From: a virus
Lineage: Duplodnaviria > Caudoviricetes
Strand: one strand, 5' to 3'
IMG/VR virus record: IMGVR_UViG_3300032320_001165
Span: 1-42,335 of that record
Length of the DNA stretch: 42,335 nt
Shown here one piece after another: positions 27,408 through 35,688 of the stretch. The first letter of the stretch is position 1; each line of letters begins with the position of its first letter. Below the pieces are notes generated by a model, which saw only the letters and a list, made by a program, of their open reading frames with translations, was not told the DNA's origin and made no database searches. The translations under genes were made by a program, and so were the position numbers.

Positions 27408-27689
27408 TTATTTTCCTACTGGCTTTTCGCCTGTTAGATATGGTCTACTAAACCATAGTTGAAACCACTCGGGAGTACCGGGCCGTATATCATGTTTTTT
27501 CATTAACTCACTCTTTTCGTTCCCGGTAATACTGATATTACTTTCTTCTCCAATAACTTGTGAAGTTACACCGCTTAATCTTTTTAAATCATCTAATGTA
27601 ATATCAAGGTTTTCTTGACGAGTAGGAACGGTCTTGAGTTTTTCAAGACCGTTCTGTATTTTAGCTTGTCTCCATACATCAAAGGTCAT
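27408..27689 (-). CDS. Small late hypothetical protein
   Basis: LDDLKRLSG and IRPGTPEWFQLWF; late motif at 27694-27700. Confidence 0.7.
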   Translation of the reverse strand: MTFDVWRQAKIQNGLEKLKTVPTRQENLDITLDDLKRLSGVTSQVIGEESNISITGNEKSELMKKHDIRPGTPEWFQLWFSRPYLTGEKPVGK

Positions 27690-27706
27690 GATGTATTTAT
27701 CGCTCT

Positions 27707-28414
27707 TTACTTGATATCAAGTGGACATTGTTTAGTTGTTAGCATTACAAAAAACTTTTCTTTCATTGTAATTTTTTCATCGTCTGGACCAGATTTTGAC
27801 ATGTCTTTGGGCAATTCTATATCAAAATCAATAGTATTACAAACATCTACATTAAATCCTGCTCTAGTTAACAATGCATCCCATTGTTTAACTCCTAGTA
27901 CACTATAATGGTTGCTGTTATACTCATGTCTACGCTCAAGGTCCGGAGCAGGAACTTCAACATACATTCTTCCCTTTAATTTCAATAAACGATTATATTC
28001 AGCTAAAGTAATAATAGGGTAAGGACTATGTTCTAATGAATGTCTAGACCATATAAAGTCCACACTTTCATCATAATATCCGTCGATTTGAGGGATAAAA
28101 GACATGTCATAATTTTTTACAGTATGACCTTTATCTGTACAGATTTTAGTATCTCCAGGGCTGAGAGTTACCCCAACTAAGTTAGTATACCCACGAGATT
28201 TCATTTCATCTAAGAAGTAGCCAGGGCCACAACCTAAATCAAGAATCAATGCATCTTTGGGTAGATTCAATGGATCAATGTATGTTGAAACCATTTGTGA
28301 GGTTAACTGCTTGTGGAATTGTGCGTCCCCCTCATCATATAGATGTGCAGTGTAAAGCCATTCGTTATAAAACTTTAGCTTAATTAAATCTAGGGTGTTA
28401 TTAATGTCAATCAT
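27707..28414 (-). CDS. Class I SAM-dependent methyltransferase
   Basis: ILDLGCGPG motif I, VDFIWSRHSLEH, RLLK..G.MYVEVP. Confidence 0.9.
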   Translation of the reverse strand: MIDINNTLDLIKLKFYNEWLYTAHLYDEGDAQFHKQLTSQMVSTYIDPLNLPKDALILDLGCGPGYFLDEMKSRGYTNLVGVTLSPGDTKICTDKGHTVKNYDMSFIPQIDGYYDESVDFIWSRHSLEHSPYPIITLAEYNRLLKLKGRMYVEVPAPDLERRHEYNSNHYSVLGVKQWDALLTRAGFNVDVCNTIDFDIELPKDMSKSGPDDEKITMKEKFFVMLTTKQCPLDIK

Positions 28415-28444
28415 AAATCTACTTATGCGTAGATTAAGATGCTA

Positions 28445-28834
28445 TTATTTTTTTTTCTTAGGTTTTTCACCATACCCAGCGAATCCCATAACAGGACTTA
28501 CTTTATAGGTATCATCTAACTCTTTGCTTTTCATATCACCGTGATTCAAATCAGTGTACACAGCGCCTACAGCTTTATACGCTTGTTTTAGCATTTCCTG
28601 TTCTTCTTTGGTATAAGGATGAGTAGTTTTTTGTTTACCTATCCAACTTTTTGCTTTCATATCTAATGGATCTTTTCCATTTGCACCTGCTACCGCCATA
28701 CCCAAACGATATGAAGTATAATCACCACTTACGTGCTCACTGTCACTATAAGTATTCAAACCAGCGGATGATTGTGATTGTCTTTTAGAAATTTTCTTTT
28801 CACTCGACTCTGATATAAATTCGTTTGCTCTCAT
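28445..28834 (-). CDS. Putative internal head protein
   Basis: MRANEFISES N-terminus; basic C-terminus. Confidence 0.6.
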   Translation of the reverse strand: MRANEFISESSEKKISKRQSQSSAGLNTYSDSEHVSGDYTSYRLGMAVAGANGKDPLDMKAKSWIGKQKTTHPYTKEEQEMLKQAYKAVGAVYTDLNHGDMKSKELDDTYKVSPVMGFAGYGEKPKKKK

Positions 28835-29673
28835 TATTCTCTGTCCGCTTGATAAGAAAATAAATGCATTACGTTTGCATTTATAAGAGGTGATACCATA
28901 AGCCTAATATTTCCATATGCAATATCAACATTGTATCTAGTAACTGCATTACCTGTAAATACAGTACCATATACACTATGTTCGGCTCTGATGCCATCAT
29001 TGCGTTTAGTTACAGTAATTGTAGCTGTCTGTGCATCATTGTTATCTAATACCTTAGAGGTCACTTGAAAACGAACAGTAGTGCAGGTATTCTGTGGTAA
29101 CTCATATATAACTTGATTTGCGGTATTATTGGTTGTTATTACGTTAGCTGAATTGATAGAAATACCACCATTCAGTCCGATACCACCGTTAACAGCAATA
29201 TTACCAGTAGATGTGACATTACCAATAGCAATCAAGTCACCAGTAGCATATATGTTTCCTACTTGCAAATCTGCCGCAACAAATCGGTTGGCATTCTGAT
29301 AAAAACTCAATACATCAAAGTTTTCACTTATACCAACGTTACCTATATGTAGTGAATCGTTTTTACTCAACCAAACATTAGCAATTCTTAGTGGGCTACT
29401 ACCAATTTCAACTGTGTTGTTTGTAATAGGTATAATATCAGTGTCCATATTAATTTTGTTGTTAGCTACATCCAAAACTAAGTTAGCAATACCACCGCTA
29501 AAACCAGCATTGTTAAATTGCAATGCACCATTCGGTCCACCCTGATTTAATAGTGGGATACTAGCAAAATTGTTGTTAATTTTGTCAAACGCAACACGTA
29601 AAGGATCACCTGTACCGTCGTTGGGTAATTGACCAATATCTATAACTTCTATTGTACGTGGAGCTGTTGCCAT
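28834..29673 (-). CDS. Baseplate/fibre protein with T4 gp9/gp10-like N-terminus
   Basis: IDIGQLPNDGTGDPLRVAFDKINNNF motif; late motif at 29695-29701. Confidence 0.8.
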   Translation of the reverse strand: MATAPRTIEVIDIGQLPNDGTGDPLRVAFDKINNNFASIPLLNQGGPNGALQFNNAGFSGGIANLVLDVANNKINMDTDIIPITNNTVEIGSSPLRIANVWLSKNDSLHIGNVGISENFDVLSFYQNANRFVAADLQVGNIYATGDLIAIGNVTSTGNIAVNGGIGLNGGISINSANVITTNNTANQVIYELPQNTCTTVRFQVTSKVLDNNDAQTATITVTKRNDGIRAEHSVYGTVFTGNAVTRYNVDIAYGNIRLMVSPLINANVMHLFSYQADRE

Positions 29674-29762
29674 ATGAATATTCCGATTGTATTATATTTA
29701 TCGTTAGTATTGCCGTTTTAATATTGTACTTGACTAAATATATGTATATTTAAGGAACATAT

Positions 29763-30203
29763 ATGAACAAATTACTATGCATACTACTATTATCCACTTT
29801 AGCAACTACATCGTTTGCTCAAAAACAAAAAGCAGGTGTCACCTATGATGCACTGATTACTAGAGTTATTGACGGAGACACTGTTGCATTTCAAGCACAA
29901 TTCTTACCTGCTCCTTTAAAACCCGAGTTAAGCATTCGTGTATTTGGTGTTGATACTCCTGAAAAGGGTCATAGAGCACAATGTCCAAGTGAGGATCAGC
30001 GTGGTCAGGCTGCTACTGCATTCACAAAACAACAAATTGCTAATGCACAAAAGAAGCAAATTATACTAATGGACTGGGATAAGTACGGTGGACGTGTATT
30101 GGGTGACGTTATTTTAGACGGCAGAAGTCTAAGAGGGATGCTTATCCAGCAGGGTTTTGCACGTGAATACTACGGTGAAGCCAAGACTTCTTGGTGTAAT
30201 TAA
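29763..30203 (+). CDS. Thermonuclease (SNase family) with signal peptide
   Basis: RVIDGDT, IRVFGVDTPE, DKYGGRVLG; N-terminal Sec signal (..TTSFA|Q); SD AAGGA. Confidence 0.9.
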   Translation: MNKLLCILLLSTLATTSFAQKQKAGVTYDALITRVIDGDTVAFQAQFLPAPLKPELSIRVFGVDTPEKGHRAQCPSEDQRGQAATAFTKQQIANAQKKQIILMDWDKYGGRVLGDVILDGRSLRGMLIQQGFAREYYGEAKTSWCN

Positions 30204-30457
30204 AATCCAAATATATTCTTAGGTAATTCAATTACAACAGGCTGTCTGGACTGTTGCATTTGTTGAAGTAACAAAGTCCCGTTCTGTCTAACACTAGGAT
30301 CGGGACTTTTTAACATCTCCGATATAGCTAGCATACGAGTGGTTTCTGTGACAGTAATGTCTCTGGATATAGCTTTTTGTGCTTCTACATACACTGAATA
30401 ATCTTTATTAGCACATCCCGCAATTAAGAACGTTGCGAATAGTATAATGTATTTCAT
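30200..30457 (-). CDS. Small lipoprotein
   Basis: Lipobox IAGC after a hydrophobic signal. Confidence 0.75.
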   Translation of the reverse strand: MKYIILFATFLIAGCANKDYSVYVEAQKAISRDITVTETTRMLAISEMLKSPDPSVRQNGTLLLQQMQQSRQPVVIELPKNIFGF

Positions 30458-30720
30458 TTTACTTCGTTGAAGATTTTCTTTTGTGTTTCATACCACTCTT
30501 GCCAACCCTCTACTTTGGTAGCGCATTCATGGTACAATGAATAGTTGTGTACAACAACTTTTAACATTTCTGTAATAGCTACTTTGTCACCTTCTATTAG
30601 TTTAAGACTTTCACATTTCTGTTTTAATACTTCAGGGGCTTCAGGGAACTTTCTAGCAACAGGAACAGTAGTACTGCATCCCGCAAGAACGATTGCTAAT
30701 GACAATATCAATGCTTTCAT
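30454..30720 (-). CDS. Outer-membrane spanin (Rz1-like lipoprotein)
   Basis: Lipobox LAGC, FPEAP..C..L, second Cys (YHEC); follows the i-spanin. Confidence 0.8.
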   Translation of the reverse strand: MKALILSLAIVLAGCSTTVPVARKFPEAPEVLKQKCESLKLIEGDKVAITEMLKVVVHNYSLYHECATKVEGWQEWYETQKKIFNEVK

Positions 30721-31187
30721 TTCTTTTCCTTTGGTTCTGCGGCTTTGTTTAATATTGCGGCCTCATTGTGTATATCAATGATTGCTTTAGGTACAGGACA
30801 CATTTCAATGTACTTAATAACTTCTTCAGTCTTAATGACTTCTTTGTCAATGTACTTAATAATCTCTTTGCCTTTTTCTCTGATAACTTTAGTCTGTGTG
30901 ACAATCTTTTCTTGTACTTCCACATTCACAGTTTTAGCTTTTTCTTCAGCTACAGCGACTTTGGCTTCCATCTCTTTAACTCTAGCTTCCCATGTTTTGT
31001 AGTCTGCTAATCCGCCCTCTAAATACAACCCCAAAGAAAGTACAAGTAAACTAATGACTTGAATCGGTAGTTTATATTGTCTGATTGCAGGAATCATTCC
31101 TAAAGCAAATCCAGCAACCGTGCCTATAATTCCCACTGTGAGAATTAGATGAAACGCCCATTCGGGCAAAATAGATATTATCCACAT
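30717..31187 (-). CDS. Inner-membrane spanin (Rz-like)
   Basis: N-terminal TM helices, coiled coil, C-terminal CPVP..HNEA. Confidence 0.75.
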   Translation of the reverse strand: MWIISILPEWAFHLILTVGIIGTVAGFALGMIPAIRQYKLPIQVISLLVLSLGLYLEGGLADYKTWEARVKEMEAKVAVAEEKAKTVNVEVQEKIVTQTKVIREKGKEIIKYIDKEVIKTEEVIKYIEMCPVPKAIIDIHNEAAILNKAAEPKEKK

Positions 31188-31191
31188 AATG

Positions 31192-32154
31192 TTATTTAGT
31201 AAAATATGTAGAATTAGATAACCATTCGTAATAGTTACGGAAACCTTCTTCTACGTCAACTTTGGGGTTGAACCCAAAGTCTTTTCTCGCGGCATCAATA
31301 TTCAATGCTCCCCTGCTAGGGAAGTCCGGGTCTTTGTCACGGACATTTACTGTCCCCGACCCAGCAATACTAACTGCTAGATTTGCCGCATCTAGCAAAC
31401 TGTAGCTATGACTCTTTGTAATATTATAAGTCTTATTATTTGTATTATCACTCAATGATGCCGCAACGATACCATCTGCCGCATCATCTACATAGGTGAA
31501 GTCTAATGTCTCACTCGCACCATTTACATTCAATGTTCCACCTCTCATCGCAGTAAGCATGAATTTAGAGATAACTCTATCTTCTACGTCTAGTGGTCCG
31601 TATACAGCACTAGGACGAATGATCGTGTAAACCATATTGTCTTTACGTGCATAGTCTTTAACTAGCCACTCACCTGCTAGTTTCATAATACCATATTGAC
31701 CCTGCGGCTTACATATAGCATCTTCAGTAACATCGTCAGTAAAGTCACCATATACCATTGAACTACTTATATAAATGAATTTACGTACTTTATACTTTGC
31801 ACTTGCTTCAAGCAAATTAAGCAATCCTTCACTCATAACACGACTTCCCTTAGTGGGATTTGCGTTAACTACCTTTTGTCTTGGGAAGCTAGCCATGTGT
31901 ATTACGATTTCAGGCTGTTCAATATTGAAAACATAATCAACATCGTCTACGTCACAAATATCACGTTCGTAGATATAGCTATCCGCATCAATTTTTTTCC
32001 TACGTTCCTGCATCAAGTAATCAATTTCAGCGTGTGGGATAATCCCATAGTTTGTTTTAATATCCATGATAGATATTAAATGTCCTTGATCCTGTAGTCG
32101 TTTAACTACATTATGACCTATGAGTCCTAGACCACCTGTTACTAAAATGTTCAT
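31192..32154 (-). CDS. NAD-dependent nucleotide-sugar epimerase/dehydratase
   Basis: ILVTGGLGLIG, ISSSMVYG, YGIMK (YxxxK), VYGP, DFTYVDD. Confidence 0.92.
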   Translation of the reverse strand: MNILVTGGLGLIGHNVVKRLQDQGHLISIMDIKTNYGIIPHAEIDYLMQERRKKIDADSYIYERDICDVDDVDYVFNIEQPEIVIHMASFPRQKVVNANPTKGSRVMSEGLLNLLEASAKYKVRKFIYISSSMVYGDFTDDVTEDAICKPQGQYGIMKLAGEWLVKDYARKDNMVYTIIRPSAVYGPLDVEDRVISKFMLTAMRGGTLNVNGASETLDFTYVDDAADGIVAASLSDNTNNKTYNITKSHSYSLLDAANLAVSIAGSGTVNVRDKDPDFPSRGALNIDAARKDFGFNPKVDVEEGFRNYYEWLSNSTYFTK

Positions 32155-32438
32155 TCGAATTTCAACTTAAAATAGGTTAGTTGTTTTGGAGTAAGATATG
32201 CCTTGATATCATATTTGTATCCATACGTAATACGGTCAACACTACGGTGCCAACTAGGCAATGGTTCTGAGTGCGCCATTACCCACTTACCCTCATCAGA
32301 GTTTTGCCATTCCCATATATACTGCCCAACATATAGGTCAGGATCTTCTACGTCACCTACACTAAGAACTTTAACTGTATAGGTGATAGATTGTTGATCC
32401 TCTGTATCAGACTGCCATATTTGCTTTAATAGTTCCAT
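32151..32438 (-). CDS. Small hypothetical protein (distant FxLK family member)
   Basis: GDVEDPDLY...GKWVM...LTYFKLKFE. Confidence 0.65.
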   Translation of the reverse strand: MELLKQIWQSDTEDQQSITYTVKVLSVGDVEDPDLYVGQYIWEWQNSDEGKWVMAHSEPLPSWHRSVDRITYGYKYDIKAYLTPKQLTYFKLKFE

Positions 32439-33306
32439 GACTTTGATAGTTCTCTAAGTGTATGTCTTGCATTGTCATTTCAAAGATGTTGTTCTTTTGC
32501 GAATTCAACATCAACGTTGGCAATGAATGTGGTTCACGTGTCAATTGTTCTTTAACTTGTTCAATATGGTCTTTGTAGATATGAGTATCACCAGTACTGA
32601 TAATCAACTCGCCTACTTTTAAACCACAATGATGGGCTATTAAATGAGTGAGTAATGCATAGCTAGCAATATTAAAAGGTAAACCCAAGAACACATCAAC
32701 ACTACGCTGATACATATGGCAAGATAGTTCTTTATTTTTGTTAACATAAAATTGACTCATAACGTGACAAGGTGGCAATGCCATTTGGTCTAACTCATTC
32801 ACGTTCCAAGCACTTAGAATGTGCCTGCGCCCATTAGGATCTTGTTTCAACCCGTCGATGAGTTTTGTCAATTGATCTATTTCTGTTCCATCTACAGCAA
32901 GTCGAGTGCCGCCTTTGTGTGCAGGACCCATATCTTTTTCTATGCGATAATTATTCCAATGACGCCATTGTACTCCATAGACACGACCTAGATCACCCTC
33001 AAATTTTGCTTTGGGTTTCCAATAGGGTGCAACCGCATTTGGCGTCCAGATAGTTACAACATCTTCTCTTGTACCGTGAGTAATTTCTGCCAATCTACGT
33101 TCGTCACTACTACCCTCAATAAACCAGAGTAGTTCACCTACACATGCTTTCCATGCTAATTTTTTTGTTGTAATGGCGGGAAAACCCCTACGCAAATCAA
33201 AGCGCAAACTACGTCCAAAAACACTAAAAGTGCCAATGCCAGTTCTGTCATCTTTTTCTTCTCCATTATCTAATATGTCTTGCAACAAATCCAAATACTG
33301 TTTCAT
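32407..33306 (-). CDS. thyA: Thymidylate synthase
   Basis: DRTGIGT, ELLWF, MALPPCH, YQRSVD.FLGLPFNIASY, GDTHIY. Confidence 0.97.
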   Translation of the reverse strand: MKQYLDLLQDILDNGEEKDDRTGIGTFSVFGRSLRFDLRRGFPAITTKKLAWKACVGELLWFIEGSSDERRLAEITHGTREDVVTIWTPNAVAPYWKPKAKFEGDLGRVYGVQWRHWNNYRIEKDMGPAHKGGTRLAVDGTEIDQLTKLIDGLKQDPNGRRHILSAWNVNELDQMALPPCHVMSQFYVNKNKELSCHMYQRSVDVFLGLPFNIASYALLTHLIAHHCGLKVGELIISTGDTHIYKDHIEQVKEQLTREPHSLPTLMLNSQKNNIFEMTMQDIHLENYQSHGTIKANMAV

Positions 33307-33599
33307 AGTTTACCTAATAGCCTATCTGTTTCAGGTTGCACAGTTTCTGCAATGGTCTCAACATTGAGTACAAATTCAAAACTAGTAATGAGAGGATCGA
33401 GTTCGTTCAACTTACGTGAAATAACTTCTTCCACCTCATGAGGGTCTAATCCTTGTTTCATTAAAGATTGAATATTGATTGTATGTTGTTTTTTACCTGT
33501 CATCCTCACTACAATTTTACGAATGAATTGTACCGGTACCTTAACTTTATCAACATCCTCAAGAATATGTTCCCACTTTTTAATGTAGTCTGGGGTCAT
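33303..33599 (-). CDS. Hypothetical protein
   Basis: 98-aa ORF coupled to thyA. Confidence 0.7.
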   Translation of the reverse strand: MTPDYIKKWEHILEDVDKVKVPVQFIRKIVVRMTGKKQHTINIQSLMKQGLDPHEVEEVISRKLNELDPLITSFEFVLNVETIAETVQPETDRLLGKL

Positions 33600-33606
33600 T
33601 CTTTAC

Positions 33607-34287
33607 TTACGCAAGTGTTTTAACTTTAGCTGGGCGGCCTCGTTTTTTAGCGACTGGTGTTGTGTCAGTAGATGCATATTGCACTGCAATACCATCTAAG
33701 CTAGATGCTTCTTGTTGTAAACGTTGACTTTCTGTCAATAACAATTTAGCTTCTGCTTCCATCTTTGATGCTTGACTGCGTAAATTTTTTGCTAATACGT
33801 TATCACTTAACAATCCATCAGCGGCTTCTACTACTGGGGGAGTGCTACGGTCACGCATATTTTTTGCAAGTGATTCAGTACTCTGCATTCCTCGGTTACC
33901 GTCAATTTCAGCAAGACGTTTTACTGCCGCTTCACCTTGTTCCATCTCATCTAAAATCTTATTTAATTCACTTAATTTAATTCTAGTACTAGCGTTAGGT
34001 GTTACAACTACAGTTTCTGTCTGTACTTTCTTCAACATACCTTGACCATGTAACACTTGCAAGATATATTTACCATCTTGTGTATGTGTGCGGTTTAATG
34101 CGTCAGCTAGATTCTGACTACTCTGCCCGATATCACTTTCGATGCATTTCATCATTGGGTCGTGAATGTGTCTGTTTAATGTATCAGTGAATACAACTAA
34201 ACACATATGCGACTCATTCGGTACTTCTCTGAATACAATAGCAACCTTGCGGTCACCAATTTTCCCTACGTGTCTTAAAAAACTCAT
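33607..34287 (-). CDS. Hypothetical protein with coiled coil and AT-hook-like tail
   Basis: C-terminal KKRGRPAK; SD AAGGAG. Confidence 0.75.
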   Translation of the reverse strand: MSFLRHVGKIGDRKVAIVFREVPNESHMCLVVFTDTLNRHIHDPMMKCIESDIGQSSQNLADALNRTHTQDGKYILQVLHGQGMLKKVQTETVVVTPNASTRIKLSELNKILDEMEQGEAAVKRLAEIDGNRGMQSTESLAKNMRDRSTPPVVEAADGLLSDNVLAKNLRSQASKMEAEAKLLLTESQRLQQEASSLDGIAVQYASTDTTPVAKKRGRPAKVKTLA

Positions 34288-34338
34288 ACTAATCTCCTTA
34301 GGTTTTAAATATTTAATACGTTTTAGCCGGTGCTAAAT

Positions 34339-34590
34339 TTATTTTGTACCCGACCATCTTAATTCATATAGCATTGCTTCTGCCGGATCTTCGAACGATA
34401 TACTTTGGGCATCTACAAAAAACAAATCAGTATCATCCTCCCATAGATCCTCTTTTGTATATCTTCCCTTAAGTTTAGTAATTACCCATTCCATAGAGGC
34501 TTCTGTTAAGGGGGCAGAACACTTTACAAAATGTGGTGGAGTTAATTTTAACTCACGTGTACCATACCACAATAAAGGATTAACAATCAT
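34339..34590 (-). CDS. Small hypothetical protein, FxLRW paralog family
   Basis: MEWVITKLKGRY...ISFEDPAEAMLYELRWS. Confidence 0.7.
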   Translation of the reverse strand: MIVNPLLWYGTRELKLTPPHFVKCSAPLTEASMEWVITKLKGRYTKEDLWEDDTDLFFVDAQSISFEDPAEAMLYELRWSGTK

Positions 34591-34997
34591 TTTGTAAGTG
34601 CATCTAACATTTTATATTGTTCGTATGCTTGCACAACCGCAGGAGTACTGTTACGATTTTTAGGTGATACTTCTACCCAAATGTCATTCCTCAATTGAGG
34701 ATGGATGAACTGTTTACCCAAAGATGCAAAGTTTCTAGGTTGATGAATTTTGCCGGTAGTATACAAACGTTTTGCAAGTACTTCTACTTCTTCCCAAGAT
34801 TTAATAGAAAGGTCATATTCAGCCGGGCGGCGTGATGTGTAATTACCTTCATCGTAGTATTCCCTTACCACAACCATAAATTCTTCTAGATCAGGAGTCA
34901 TGGTGCGAGTAATGATTAGTAAAACGTCATCCTCGGACACTTCATCCAAAAGAATACTACGCAAACATCTTCCCAAACTTGTTCCAATATACATCAT
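34587..34997 (-). CDS. Hypothetical protein
   Basis: ORF in a translationally coupled chain. Confidence 0.7.
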   Translation of the reverse strand: MMYIGTSLGRCLRSILLDEVSEDDVLLIITRTMTPDLEEFMVVVREYYDEGNYTSRRPAEYDLSIKSWEEVEVLAKRLYTTGKIHQPRNFASLGKQFIHPQLRNDIWVEVSPKNRNSTPAVVQAYEQYKMLDALTK

Positions 34998-35365
34998 ACA
35001 ATCACCTGTGTTTTCTTTACTACTCTATCACTGTACAATTCATGACCTATGTTACGAATTGCATCCACTATTACTTGAGGATCACTTTCGAATGTTTCTC
35101 TAATAAACTTTTCCGACAACTCTGATTCAAATGTGTAAATTTCATAGTGGCGTTGGCTATTAGCTCTTGCTCTCAGTATCATCATATCTAAAGGAACATT
35201 TGCAGGCTTAACCTCTTTGATTTGTCCTTTAAGAATACGAAAAATATTTTCTTTTTCCCATTTCTCATGTTCCTTCTGTATAGAGGTAACATTGATTAGA
35301 CATTCAAGTCCTGTCATGTCCCACATAGCTATAAATCTAGTTGTTTTCTTTTTTGATGAGCGCAT
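34994..35365 (-). CDS. Hypothetical protein
   Basis: ORF in a coupled chain; LRARANSQRHYEIY. Confidence 0.7.
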   Translation of the reverse strand: MRSSKKKTTRFIAMWDMTGLECLINVTSIQKEHEKWEKENIFRILKGQIKEVKPANVPLDMMILRARANSQRHYEIYTFESELSEKFIRETFESDPQVIVDAIRNIGHELYSDRVVKKTQVIV

Positions 35366-35576
35366 AAATCATCTTAGCCTTATCCAATGCATCAGCCAAT
35401 GCTACATTTGTTTGTGCGGCACGCCTGATATTTCCCCAAAGCTGATCCTCTTTCATTTTTATATAGAGGTCAGAGTGTCTAGTACTCTGACTATGCAAAG
35501 TACGTTCACTTGAACCTGACTTGCGGACATATACTGTCTCACCCTTATCAGGAGATTCGTATATGTCAGTCATCAT
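35337..35576 (-). CDS. Small hypothetical protein
   Basis: IYESPDKGETVYVR motif. Confidence 0.7.
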   Translation of the reverse strand: MMTDIYESPDKGETVYVRKSGSSERTLHSQSTRHSDLYIKMKEDQLWGNIRRAAQTNVALADALDKAKMIYALIKKENN

Positions 35577-35688
35577 GCTTTATTAATGCAGATAGTCCGG
35601 AAGCAAAAATTTTAACAAACGCATAGCCTATTCCAAATAGTACTACAGCAATAAATGCATATCCCAACATTTCAATTAATTGACTCAT
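35566..35688 (-). CDS. 40-aa membrane microprotein (not in the ORF track)
   Basis: Own translation MSQLIEMLGYAFIAVVLFGIGYAFVKIFASGLSALIKHDD; the ATG overlaps the VWA stop (TAATG). Confidence 0.65.
   Translation of the reverse strand: MSQLIEMLGYAFIAVVLFGIGYAFVKIFASGLSALIKHDD

Noticed and set aside
27707-28414. DNA methyltransferase
   Set aside because: No DPPY/NPPY or PC catalytic motif; resembles small-molecule or glycan class I methyltransferases
6564-33306. Active inteins or introns in helicase, UvsX, terminase or thyA
   Set aside because: Lengths are normal and motifs continuous; the short thyA insertion (NNYRIEKDMGPAHKGG...) is a loop with no splicing motifs
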